A stretch of DNA of 64,000 nucleotides from Callorhinchus milii (Eukaryota), in NCBI RefSeq assembly GCF_018977255.1, contig NW_024704743.1, forward strand, positions 36,272,001 through 36,336,000, in the 5' to 3' direction. A program made the position numbers and the translations under genes. The notes beneath the pieces were generated by a model. It was not told the origin of the DNA. It saw only the letters and a list, made by a program, of their open reading frames with translations, and made no database searches. This document shows, piece after piece, positions 39,208 through 51,477 of this stretch (position 1 is its first letter; each line of letters starts with the position of its first letter).

Positions 39208-39458
39208 GGGCGAAACCTTGGGCAAGTTTCCTTACTCCACACGCCTAATAATAATCCCTCCAAAACAAAAACAATAATAAATTGGTCATTTTCAATCCAT
39301 GACTGTTTGTGGGACATTGCTGTGCGCAATTGGCTGCCACATTTCGCCCACAATTATACAGTCAATTCACTTTAGAGCATATTCTGTGAAGCGCTTTGAG
39401 ACGTCTAGAAGACATGAAAAGCACTATATCAAATGCAAGGATTATTATTATTATTATT
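39208..39458 (+). mobile_element. Short-variant SINE, 5'-truncated
   Basis: Matches 5005-5250. Confidence 0.88.
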
Positions 39459-39689
39459 CTAATTGCTCTCCTCTGTACTGCCTCTAGGGCCTGCCATAAA
39501 ACAGTTTTCTTATATTACAGTGACCAGAATGCATATACACAGAAGTGTGGCCTCACTAGAGCTCTACACAACTTGAGAATGACTTCTGAGCATCTGAACT
39601 CAACTGAATTGGCAATATAGCTTAGCTTTCTGTTTCACTTGTTCACTGCTGCCCTGCATTGTTTTGACATGGTGAGCAATGAGTCAGCT

Positions 39690-40540
39690 AACAACAGCAA
39701 AATTACATTTGTACAGTGCCTTTCACGTCAGGAGGACATCCCAAGACACTAGACAATCAGTGTTTTGACCCGAGCTGGGGGTCGGGATCGGGAAGGTGGA
39801 GGTCAGTGGGGGGAAAGGAGGGTGATCTAAGGCACGGCCGAAGAGGAGGGTCTTGAGATGGGTTTTGAAGGAGGCAGGGGAAGGGTTGAGGCGGAGGGAC
39901 TAGATAACTAGGTAATTATTTAGGGAGGACAAATTTGCAGAGCTTTGGGGAGAGAGCTGGGGAGTGGGATTGATCCGGACGGCTCTTTTAAAAGAGCCAG
40001 CAAAGACACGATGGGCCGAATGGCCTCCTTCTATGCTGTATAATTCTATGATTCTATGGCTGCAAAATGGAGTTCCAGAGGGTGGGGGCAGAGTGGCTGA
40101 AGGCCTACCCACCAATGGTGAAGCGGGGAGGTGGGGGATTTGAAGCAGGCCGGAGCCCACTGAGCGGAGGGAGTGGGCAGGTTGGTAGGGGGTTAGGAAG
40201 TCACAGAATAGAGGGAGCAAAGCCATGGAGGGCTTTGAAGGTGAGGACCAGGATCTTGGAAGCCAGTGGAATAGGGCGAGGATGGGAGTGATAGGGTTAC
40301 GGAGCCTGGTGCGAGAAAGGACACGGGCTGCAGAGTTCTGGATGATTTGCAGCCTATTGGAGGCTAACACCCCAGTTCTTTTTCAGCAGGCCCTTGACAA
40401 GTTCAATCCCATGGAGTACAGGTTTCCTATTCTTACGTCCTATATTCAGTACTTTACATCTATTTGTATTGAACTTCAGTTGCCAGACATCAGCCCATGT
40501 GCATATCCTATTTACCTCTCGTTGTAAGACCTTTGCTCTC
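39690..40540. mobile_element. Minus L2 3' fragment with a nested plus CR1 tail (about 39900-40058), next to a minus CR1 RT fragment
   Basis: L2 and CR1 motifs, including WADVWQLKFNTNRCKVL. Confidence 0.8.
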
Positions 40541-42569
40541 TCCTCATTGGCTCCCCATTCTTGTTTCTTTATCCTTCTTCTATAGTCATATTTTGCACAA
40601 TGGTCACCTTTTCCCTGCATGCTTCCATTTCTGTTCATCTGCCTTGTATTGTGCTGCATGCTCTACATACATCATGTTTTTGAAATTATGTCCATTTATC
40701 TTTGATAAATACTGCCCAGGAATTCCCACAAGATGGTGCTATTAAGCTTTCCAACCCAGTCAAGGACTGTCATACAGTCATACCCACCATTTTATAGCAG
40801 GGATTATTACGAGAGTTGAGTCTCTTTCCTCAGGATCCACATTCTTGTTTACTGATACGGGATCTACTTTTATCTCCAACTACTTTTCATCAGATTCACT
40901 TCTACAACTGATTTTAAGAAATAGCTTTAATATAGTGGGAGGAATGGATGGGAGGAAGGTAGGGTGATTGTTAAACAACTTGCATTTATATAGCACCCTT
41001 CACATGGGGGAATGTCTTTGAGCACTTCACAAGGTTGGAGTTGGACATCGAGCAAGGAAGAGGGGAGAGGCGATAAGCACGTTCAAAAAGGTTGGATTTA
41101 AGGCGAATAACCTGTATTTATATAGTTCCCTACACGTAGGAAGTATCTCAGAGCACTTAACAGCGGTGTGGCTTGATGTTGAGCTGAAAGGCCGGGAGGG
41201 AAGGTGAACGAAGGCAAGGTCAAAGAAGAAAGTCTTCACGTGTGATTTGAAGATGGGCTAAGGGGGCAAGACTGTAAATTGAGGCAAGGAGTTCCAGAGA
41301 TTCGGGGCATAATGGCTGACATAGTGGGACTTCAAGACAGATGGGCCAAGAAGGAGGATATTAAATAAACAAACATTTCCAAGGAAATTGGAACAAATTT
41401 GACCCAATCGTCAATCAGATTATAAAAGCAGCTATCAGATATAATAAAATTGCAAGAAAGTGAACAAACAAAAAATCCCTGGAACAGCCTTTTAAATGAA
41501 CATTTTATTTCCCAGTTGAAAGAAACTACTATTAATAATCCTTAAATTTGATATAGTGCCGTTTGGCTCGAGAGGACATCTCAAAGTGCTTCACAGGATA
41601 TACCGTAAAGTCTATTTTTGTAGGTGAACAAGGCAGCCAAATTGATTACAGCAATGTCCCACAAACAGCCATGATGTCAAATTACCAATTTTATTTGGGG
41701 GATTGTTGGCTAACTAGGATGCCTAAATCAGGAATCGTGGATCAAGTGCCATTGGACCAGGAGGAAAACATTCTAGTTTATGGGTACACAAGGTCAGCTA
41801 GAAATAGAATCTCATGGCAATATTATGAGAAATTTGAAACCAAGCCTAAGACCATCCAAGATACATAATAAAAATACTCTCTGAAATTTAAATTATGCAG
41901 ACCTATCATCCTAAATGAAAAACATTGGCAAACTGAACAACTTTTTTAGTCAAATTATTGTCTTAACTCTATCAATAATTCCTCAGAAATAAAAAAATGC
42001 AGACAATATAAAGTTCAAATACATAATCTCATATGCTCTTCCTCCTCACTATTAGATCCTCACTACTCACCAGATCACAAAGAACGTTTAGTTCCTAGGG
42101 GTCTTTAGACCATTTAATCTCATCTTTTTAATTACCCACCCTAATGATTTCTCGTTGCAGCAACAAGCTGTTTCTTAAATGAGTGGTGTCCAGGCCTAAA
42201 CCACCCTTACTGTTAATCTGTCTCTATGTGAAGAAATCCTTCCTGATTGTCCTCAAATTACCCTTTACAAGCCTCAATCTGCACCCTTTTGATCTGCTTC
42301 CCTCTTGTGTATTGGTCTGGATTTACTTTTTAACCCCATTTAGAATCTTGTATACCTCTTCTATAAAATCCCATCTAATATGTCTCTTTACAAGCTGAAG
42401 AAGCCTAATTTATCTAAATGGTGATCATAGCTCATCCTCCGACAATAGTGAACTCCATACTTTTCGAGGAAGTAACATCCGAAATTAACTTTAGGAAGCC
42501 ATATGACATGCGCTCCAAGACGCTGCCCCACGTGAAGGGGTTTTATAAATGGAAGTCGTTGACATTGTG

Positions 42570-43445
42570 TACCATAGATTTTAAAAAGGCATTTGACAAA
42601 GTACCATATGAAAGATTTCTTCATCAGCTATGTTGTTGGGCAAGATATGGACTGAAAATTGACTATGGAGGAGGAAGCAACAGTTGTTCGGGGAGCTAGG
42701 TTAAAATGAGGGGAGGTATTAAGTGGGGTACCTCAGTGGTCTAAAATGAGACCACAGTGGTGCCTGGCTCTGACACTGTCTCACACCGCAGGCCGCCGAA
42801 ACCCTCGACTATGCAAAAATTCACTGCTTGTCGGCCTCCCCAACTCCTCCCTCCACCGGCTGTAGATCATCCAGAACTCTGCAGCCTGTGTTCTCTCACA
42901 CACTAGGCTCCACGATCCTTTCACCCCCATCCTCGCCCAACTCCGCTGGCTTCCCATCACACAGAGGATACAGTTCAAGATCCTGGTCCTCACCTTCAAA
43001 GCACTCCAGTCTTGCTCCCCCTACCTCTCCGACCTCCTAAACCTCTACCACCCTGTTCGCTCCAGCCTGCTTCACGTACCCAGCCTTGCTCGCCTCATTA
43101 TCGGCGGGCGGGCCTTCCGCCACTCTGCACCCACCCTCTGGACCTCCCTTGCCACCTTCAAGACCCACCTCTTCTTTGACTGTACCTTTGATCTCCCTGC
43201 TTCCCCCCTGCCCTCCACGCTCCCCCACCCCGACCCTCAGCTCGGGTCCCTAATTCTGTCTGTCCAACGCCTTGTAATTTTGTTGTTGTTGTTCCTTGCA
43301 TACATTATTGACCTGAATTTGCAGACTCAGTAGAATATAATTAAATTTGATGAAGACATCAAATTGGGAAGAATTGTAGAATCAGAGGAAACAGCCATGG
43401 TCTTACAAGAGAGCTGGATAAAATATGCACAGGAGCTAATAATTT
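42570..43445 (+). mobile_element. Old CR1 RT fragment interrupted by an L2 3' fragment (about 42800-43290)
   Basis: DFKKAFDKVP and GVPQ before the L2; KFDEDIKLG after it. Confidence 0.72.
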
Positions 43446-44060
43446 AGCACAAGTTTGTGGGAAGTGCGCAGGTCAGCTGCACAAATCCGCAGTGAACAAG
43501 TTCTTATAGTGAAGCGTTATGATGGTGTAGATTCAGTGGTGTGATACTGCTCTCTGGGATGCTTCCCTGCATGGAGGGGAGCTATATAAATGCAACTTGT
43601 TATTGTTCATACTGAGTTTTTAAGATTGGACCATCACATAATCTACTGTAATTGAAAACGACTGTTACATGCTTGTCAGTATTAATAATAGCCAATGGAG
43701 GGGCAGAACTAGTCACTGAGAGTATGGATTCTTCTCACTCGGCTCCAGCTGGATTCTAATGCTCACTCCAGCGTCCCGGGACCAGCCTTGGCTTCCACCA
43801 ACCTCCTAATAAATTCCAGAATTGTCCCTCTGGTAAAGGGAGTATTTTCTCTAGCAGACAAATGAGAAATTTGCACGTATAAGCCACATACATATATTAG
43901 AATTTGCAGTCTGGTTTCTAGATAAGTTTTAAGAATGGGGATGGGTTTCCTTGCGTGTCATGAAAAACGGCTGACCAAAACTAAAACAAACCCCTAATGT
44001 CAGAAATTTTTAATAAAAGCTTTTCCAGTGTTTGCAATACATAATTTTCTCACTTTAAAC

Positions 44061-44310
44061 AATCCCTGCATTTGATATAATAATCCCTGAATTTGAGATA
44101 GCGCTTTTCACATCTTCTAAACGTCTCAAAGCGTTTCCCAGAATATACTGTAAAGTGAATAGACTGTATATTTGTGGGCAAATCGTGGCAGCCAATTGCA
44201 CCCAGCAGTGTCCCATAAACAGTCGTGGATTGATTGACCAATTATTTTATTTTTTCTTGAGGGATTACTATCAGGCGTGTGGAGTAAGGTAACTTGCCAA
44301 GGTTTCGCCC
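44061..44310 (-). mobile_element. Short-variant SINE
   Basis: Reverse complement of the 39208-39458 type. Confidence 0.87.
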
Positions 44311-45239
44311 AGCCATGGTGCAGTTTATTCCGATTAAACTAGACACAACAGAGCTGAAGGTCTATGACTTGGACAAAGTACATTAAATAATAAGCAGAAC
44401 GGTCTGCAATATTTTTGAATCCGAATCATTTCTTAAAATAACTGCTGCCGGTTATTTAAAACTAACCAAATTTGCCATGAACCAGCACCTTTAACAAAAT
44501 GGGTCTGTGAAAGCACATTGAGGCATTTTTCCATTAATTGCCAAGATAATGTCAGTGGAGCACCACATTCTTGTGCGTCTCCAGGTTTTTGTGCGCATTT
44601 GCATCGAGGGCTCAAATAAATCAATTGGCGGATGGGCGCTTCCGAACCTCACGCAGGAACTATGGGGTGGTATAATTTATATAATTAAGTATAGTGCCTA
44701 TGATTTCAAAATGCCTTGAAGCACTTTTTTAAGTGCAATGACTTTGCATTTGGAAGCAAGATGCTGGCAGCCATTTTATGCACAGCAAAGACCCACGAGC
44801 AGATCAGCCATGAAGTGAACCGCAGTGTCCGATTTGTGCGGAGCATTACTGGCCACAGGGAAGAAACGTCATGGGGGCAAAACACACAACACACACTGCA
44901 CTGTTTAATCGAAAAGATCAGCTTGCAAAGCCTGGCATCTCTCTCTCTCTCTCTCTCTTTCTCTCCACTATTTTGGGGCAACTCAGTCGAGGTTGTCTTT
45001 TTTTTTGTTTTGAAAAAAAACTCAGCATTGCGGTGCAGAGCAAAACAGGGCCGCTGGTCGCAGTTAAACCCGGTGCAGACACAGAGAGCAATGAGTAGCT
45101 GCAAAATAAACAAGCGCGCATCGACTCCAACCGAGTGAAACCGCGTCCATCCGAGGAGTAACGCTCGAGAAAGTGTCAACATTTTCTCTGCAGAGAAGTG
45201 TCTCTCTCTGTCTGTCTGTCTGTGTCTGTCGGCCTCGCC

Positions 45240-45960
45240 CTGATCGTTGCTGCGGTTGATTGACAGCTCCCCCCCCCCTCCCCCCCTGCACCACGACCTT
45301 GGGAATCAGGGACCGGGACGTGACGACATGTACACGCACCGCGCCGCAATGCCCCCTGGGCCGCGGTAGTTCAGCCGCCCGCGCCCGCGCCCGCTTGGAT
45401 TACGGGCCCCGGGGAGGCGGACTACAACTCCCGGCGTGCTCGGCGCCAGCCGCCCGCCTCCCGCCTCCCGCCCCTCCCCTGAGGGGGGGGTAAATCGGCG
45501 CTCCTCGGCCATTTTGTTCCCAATTGCGTCGACGACGGAACCTGAAAAAGAACCGAGAAACTGATCGACGATTCGACCGAGCCCACACTCGTTTCATTGT
45601 CACTAAGGCGGTCCACTGATATCGCATGTCCACTATTCAGAACCTCGAATATCATGGTGAGTCCGCCTTGGCGTTAGAAAAAAGCCTCAGGCGCTGCTCC
45701 TGTCTGCTCTCTCCCCCCCCCTCCCCCACCCCCACCATGTTTTCCGGCCCGAGGCTAACGGGCGGCTCCCTCCACCTCAGCAGCTGAAAATCAACAGTCT
45801 TTCTCTGGCGCTCTCTCTCTCTATCTCTCTCTCTCTCTATTCCCCTCCCCACCCCCTGCCGCCCCGCTCCCGCCGCCATGGCCCCGTCTCTCGGGGGTTT
45901 CGGTTGAGTTTTGAATTTCCGCTCGAGGCTTTGTTCAAATGCCTGAAAACAACATGGCGC
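45240..45960. promoter_or_regulatory. CpG island / EIF1B promoter with ZNF143-THAP11-type motif and YY1 motif
   Basis: CpG-dense stretch in an otherwise CpG-poor window. ACTACAACTCCCGGCGTGC at 45421-45439, CGGCCATTTT at 45506-45515, and GC boxes. Confidence 0.8.
45626..45656 (+). CDS. EIF1B: EIF1B coding exon 1 (31 nt)
   Basis: ATG TCC ACT ATT CAG AAC CTC GAA TAT CAT G|gtgagt = MSTIQNLEYH(D). Confidence 0.93.
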
Positions 45961-45961
45961 C

Positions 45962-47150
45962 GGGGAGGGAGAGAGCTGGGTGGGGGCGGGGAGGGAGAGA
46001 GCTGGGTGGGGGCGGGGAGGGAGAGAGCTGGGGTGGGGGGGGGAGAGAGCTGGGGTGGGGGGGGGGAGAGAGCTGGGTGGGGGGGGGAGAGGGGGGGGGG
46101 GGGGAGAGGTGGGGTGGGGGGGGGGAGAGAGCTGGGGTGGGGGGGGGGGGGAGAGGGGGTGGGGGGGGGGGGAGAGAGCTGGGGTGGGGGGGGGGAGAGA
46201 GCTGGGGTGGGGGGGGGGAGAGAGCTGGGGTGGGGGGGGGAGAGAGCTGGGGTGGGGGGGAGGGGAGAGAGCTGGGGTGGGGGGGAGGGAGAGAGCTGGG
46301 GTGGGGGGGAGGGAGAGAGCTGGGGTGGGGGGGGGGAGAGAGCTGGGGTGGGGGGAGGGAGAGAGCTGGGGTGGGGGGAGGGAGAGAGCTGGGGTGGGGG
46401 GAGGGAGAGAGCTGGGGTGGGGGGAGGGAGAGAGCTGGGGTGGGGGGAGGGAGAGAGCTGGGGTGGGGGGGAGGGAGAGAGCTGGGGTGGGGGGGAGGGA
46501 GAGAGCTGGGGTGGGGGGGGAGGAGAGAGCTGGGTGGGGGGGGAGGGAGAGAGCTGGGGTGGGGGGGGGGGGAGAGAGCTGGGGTGGGGGGGGGGGGGGG
46601 GGGGGGGGAGAGAGCTGGGGTGGGGGGAGGGGAGAGCTGGGGGGGGGGAGGGAGAGAGCTGGGGTGGGGGGGGGGAGAGAGCTGGGGTGGGGGGGAGAGA
46701 GCTGGGGTGGGGGGGGAGAGGCTGGGTGGGGGGGGGGAGAGAGCTGGGGTGGGGGGGGAGGGAGAGAGCTGGGGTGGGGGGGAGGGAGAGAGCTGGGGTG
46801 GGGGGGGAGAGAGCTGGGGGGGGGGGGGGAGAGAGAGAACTGGGGTGGGGGGAGGGAGAGAGCTGGGGTGGGGGGGGGGCGGGGAGGAGAGAGCTGGGGT
46901 GGGGGGGGGGGGGGGGGGGGGGAGGAGAGCTGGGGTGGGGGGAGGGAGAGAGCTGGGGGGGGGGAGGGAGAGAGCTGGGGTGGGGGGGGAGAGGTGGGTG
47001 GGGGGGGGGGGGGGGGGGGGGAGAGAGAGCTGGGGGGGGGGGGGAGAGAGCTGGGGGGGGGGGGGAGAGAGCTGGGGGGGGGGGGGCCGGGGAGAGAGAG
47101 AGCTGGGGTGGGGGGGGGGGGGAGGAGAGAGCTGGGGTGGGGGGGCCGGG
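45962..47150 (+). repeat. G-rich minisatellite in EIF1B intron 1
   Basis: Roughly 50 tandem units of GGGAGAGAGCTGGGGT(G)n with variable G-run length. Confidence 0.95.
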
Positions 47151-47774
47151 GAGTGGAGTGGGAAAAGCGTGAAGGGGGGGGGAGACCTGGGGAGAGACCC
47201 GGGGAGAGAGTGAGAATGGGCGGGGGGGGGGAGATAGTGAGACCCGGGGACTTATAACAGTAATAATAATCCTCGCATTTGATTATAGTGCCTTATCACA
47301 TTGTTGGGACGTCTCAAAGCGCTTCACAGAATACACTGTAAAGTCAATTATATATTTCCTCTCTTGCTCTCTCTGTAATACACAGCTATAATGTAGCTCT
47401 TATCGCTTCAAGTGACGCATAATAATTTTGGAATCTCCTTAGTTACTTTCCCTGTGGGTTACTGTTAGCAGGAGTGGCTGAGCTTTCTGTCTTCACTGTC
47501 TGGAAGAATCCTTTCACTTTGTCCCCGCCCTGCCTCAAAACCTTCAACTGCGTGTTGGTCACCTTTTTATTCTTTCTTCCTTCTCTTCTACCGCCGCCAC
47601 ACAGCTGTATGAAACATTGAGATGTCTTCCTGACGTAAAAGGTGCAATATCAATGTAAAGTGTTATTGTAATTCCTAATTTTGACAGAAATGCAGCTTCC
47701 TGTTGGGAGTTTGCATTTCAAAAATGAAGGATGCATATTTTATGTTTCATGAAATGGTTTTAAACTTGTTACAG

Positions 47775-47938
47775 ACCCCTTTGCTGATGCAATTAAGGGC
47801 GACGATCAACTCCCAGCAGGGACTGACGATTACATCCATATAAGAATTCAGCAGCGTAACGGCAGGAAGACACTGACCACTGTTCAGGGCATTTCTGATG
47901 ATTATGATAAAAAGAAACTTGTGAAAGCCTTCAAGAAG
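47775..47938 (+). CDS. EIF1B: EIF1B coding exon 2 (164 nt)
   Basis: acag|AC to AAG|gtatgt; DPFADAIKGDDQLPAGTDDYIHIRIQQRNGRKTLTTVQGISDDYDKKKLVKAFKK (SUI1 domain). Confidence 0.98.
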
Positions 47939-49870
47939 GTATGTTTACTGGAATGTTTTAATTAAATGCATTATTACATAAATTGGAGGTGATTTTTTGG
48001 GCAGGTATCTGACATTTGTAAATCCACCACCATGCTTAAAGGTGTCCAAACTAGACTGTTTAATACATGCCACCTACACATGAAAATTCCCATATCTGTA
48101 TGGATTGCACACTCTCCCTAGAGAGAAACAAATTTCTTACCTAATCTTGTAGATTACTAGATGCAGATCGGCAAGAGGCAGGATTTGGAGACCCCAGGCT
48201 GGAGTTTAACCAGCTAAAATCGCATTGATTGAATTGAAAGCACTGTCTGGCACATTTGCAAGCAGTGAGGTGGATTTGTGGCATAAGTGGAAGGAGGGTT
48301 CCGGCCTATACTGAGCACCCTGGAGATGGAATCTAATTCACAGTGGGCATATCTATATGCCAAAGCCCCTCACACGAGGCTCGGATCAAGCAGATGCTGA
48401 GTAAGCCTGGTAGGCAGTATTGGACTTGGGCCCTGAGAAAATCAAGGTGGCTGACATGTCACATGCTGTTCTGTAAAGGTCTTCCCACCACATTGAAGGT
48501 GTATGTCAGATAGCTAATGAGGAAACTTTGAGGCTCTGGGCAACAGCTGCTGGCAGGCTTTGCCTGGAATCCAAGTTTGTGAACAACCATTCATACATTA
48601 CCCTTCTTCAAATCAATCAAGGTGGATGCCAAATGTGTGAATGCTACCGAGCCTATCATCAGCAGTGGCTTGGAAGTTCTGTGGACCTTCCTGGATCAGA
48701 AAATGAGCCACCTAGACCACCAGAGATGATTGACTTTGTTCCGACATTTTTTTCTGAACACGTTTGCCCCCAACCACACCAACAGTTGGTCATAAATTGG
48801 AGGTTGCATTCCAAAATTTGACTTGTAAAAGTGTATTGTATTTCTATTTGGTATCAATAACCTTTATATTTGGATGCAGAATCTATTATCACAAAATCTG
48901 AAAGTACTATCCAGGTAATTTTTGTGGGAGGCTACATGTTTGGCAGTGGAATGCCGGAATCGAACCAGCCCTCTGGTGATCTCGTTACTCGAGTTCCTGA
49001 ACTATGCAGGTCTGCAGTACTCCATGGCACTGCTAATGACAGCATAGCCAGTCTAACTCATTGGCAAGGCTTGGAAGGGCAGACCAGTCACTGGAGGCAG
49101 AGATTCCTCCCACTCCGCACTTATTAACTTCAGTGAGCGAGTAGTAAACTTATGGAACAGGCTCCCTAGGGACACAGTAGAAGCAGAAAATGTCATTTGT
49201 TTCAAAAACAAATTAGATAATGAACACTCATAACTTGCCATTGAGGGCACAGTCTTCCAGCTGTCCAGCTAGAACTACCCCATTACATTTTGGGCTTGCA
49301 GAATTAAAGATCCAATCGGACAAATTCTCACTCCAAATGAGTGGTCTTACCCTTCAAGTCCTGCCATTGAGCGAAGTCCATCATCAGTATTCTGGAGGAC
49401 TGCAACAACAATAAAAAAAATTACATTTATATTCCAGCCTTTCACGTCAGAAAGGCATCCCAAGGGACTGGGTGTGGATCTCTTGGCAGTTGGGTTGGAT
49501 ACTCCCTAAACATGGCAATGGGGCTGACCAAAAAAATTAAATTGCACATTTATAGGCAATACAATTGCCAGGAAGGTGGAAGGCAATCTAGATAGACCTT
49601 GGTCTTTTTTTTGTCTACCATTTCTTATATTCTTACCCAACTAATTTATGAAATGCTTAGTTATGTGTTGAGTCTTGTTTCTACAATGTGCAACTGTTCA
49701 ATCATTGGGACTGAATAAGATGGTGATGCTGTTGAAAGTAAGATTAGATGTTGCATTCTCTCAGCAGTTCAGTATCTGAAAATTCTGCAAAGTTCATATT
49801 TGGATCATTTCTAAATTGGATTTGCATTTATTGTGTAAGAAATGCTACATTGTTCTTTTTTAATATACAG

Positions 49871-49972
49871 AAATTTGCCTGCAATGGTACTGTGATTGAA
49901 CATTCAGAATACGGTGAGGTAATCCAGCTTCAAGGTGACCAACGAAAGAATATCTGCCAATTTCTCCTAGAG
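49871..49972 (+). CDS. EIF1B: EIF1B coding exon 3 (102 nt)
   Basis: tacag|AAA to GAG|gtaaaa; KFACNGTVIEHSEYGEVIQLQGDQRKNICQFLLE. Confidence 0.98.
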
Positions 49973-51432
49973 GTAAAAAAAAGACCATCTTATTTAAAAT
50001 TAAGTTTTTAGAAAATTCATCCATAGCTAGAACAGCTTTAACTTTGCGCATAACCTGCCTGTCCGATGTTGATACTAGCGAAGGCTGTGTTGAAGAATTA
50101 ATGATGGAAGCGTTTACTTATAAAATTTAATGCACATAAATTCAGATGTATGTTTATAAAGTACATTTCAGCAGAAGTCCTAGGTCTTAAACTTGTGAAA
50201 ACTTGAGCAGGAAATCTTTCTCGCTGGTTTTCAGTTTGGTTAAATGGTGCTGCTATTGAAAATGAACTGCTGGATAGGATTCTTATTTATAGTTTAAAAC
50301 ATTTCTAGATTTAAGGCCGTTATTAAACTTAGGCAATCCATTTTTTGGCCACTGGTTGAATACTGTGAATTTGGTTTATTTAACAATATCTGATCCTATT
50401 GTATTTAATTTCTTTGAAAAGAATCTGCCAGATTCAGTTTGCACAGGAAATGTAATTAGATGGTATGAGCCACACCGGTTACATAATCCAAATTAATTTC
50501 TAATCCAAACCATTCTGCACTAATTTGAGGCTTGCATCCTGCAGGGCTATACTGTTCCAAGACAAGTTCAAGAACTTTTAAGATATCTACATGAATGTCA
50601 TTTTAACTTTTGGATATTTAAACCTCGTCCAATATGTAGTCTGAAGTCCTGCTAAAGATTTCTGTAATTGAAGCACATGTAGGAAAAAGTTCCAACTGAA
50701 AATGTTTATAACTTGGATGTGACTTGAACTTTTGATGTATTAGAGAGTGGGCTTTTACAAACCTTTCATCCCTCTTTAGATGCTACTCATTGAAGAGTTC
50801 ATCCCATTTTCACAGAAATATCTAGCTTTTTTTGTTTCTTGGTTCTGTAAAATTGTGACAGCCAGTTGACTGTTGCAATTGTGTGTCTCAGATGGATCTA
50901 GACCAACATGCACACTGATCTGGTTTGAGAACCTGTCTTTCAGAAAGTGGAAGGCCTTTTGTAATCTTTGTTGCATTCCAGAAATTAACAGAATAATGGT
51001 TGTTTTAAAACTATTTAGCCAACAAAACATGTGATAAACAGAATAAAACAATGTAACATTTCATACAGGCATATTCAGACAAAACCAATGAGCCTAAATC
51101 AATGGATTTGATCCTGTCAAAAGGGTCAAACAAAGAATAGAATTCATTACGTTTTAGAAAGGTGTGCAGATTCACAGACCAAATTTCCTTCCTTGCAACA
51201 AATTAGCATCCCACACCTAAAGTGCCATACTAGGATTGATTTTCCAGATATCTAAGATCAATGTGAAAGCAATAGTATAACTCAATGTATAATTGCATTC
51301 TGGGGTGACATTTGAATGCTGAGTATATTTAAATGAGGCAAGTGATTTATTTTTAACCATTTACTCCTTGAATTTTTGGGGGTTATGGGTCAAGTGTGTA
51401 TTGGCTCTAATTTGATTTATTTTTGTTTGTAG

Positions 51433-51477
51433 GTTGGCATTGTCAAGGAGGAGCAGCTGAAGGTTCACGGCTTCTGA
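51433..51477 (+). CDS. EIF1B: EIF1B coding exon 4; total CDS 342 nt = 113 aa
   Basis: tgtag|GTT; VGIVKEEQLKVHGF-stop. This C-terminus matches EIF1B rather than EIF1, and the position next to MYRIP agrees. Confidence 0.97.
   Translation, partial: VGIVKEEQLKVHGF

Noticed and set aside
41350..42020. A-rich stretch vaguely like a decayed L1/Tx1 ORF2
   Set aside because: Too degenerate to assign without a profile search.
44706..45182. Overlapping 140-158 aa ORFs upstream of EIF1B
   Set aside because: They cross microsatellites and a SINE relic, have no recognisable domain, and are expected by chance in GC-rich DNA.
45904..47257. Three 422-425 aa Gly-rich ORFs
   Set aside because: They are open only because the G-rich minisatellite has no stop codons. 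They lie inside EIF1B intron 1 and are not credible proteins.
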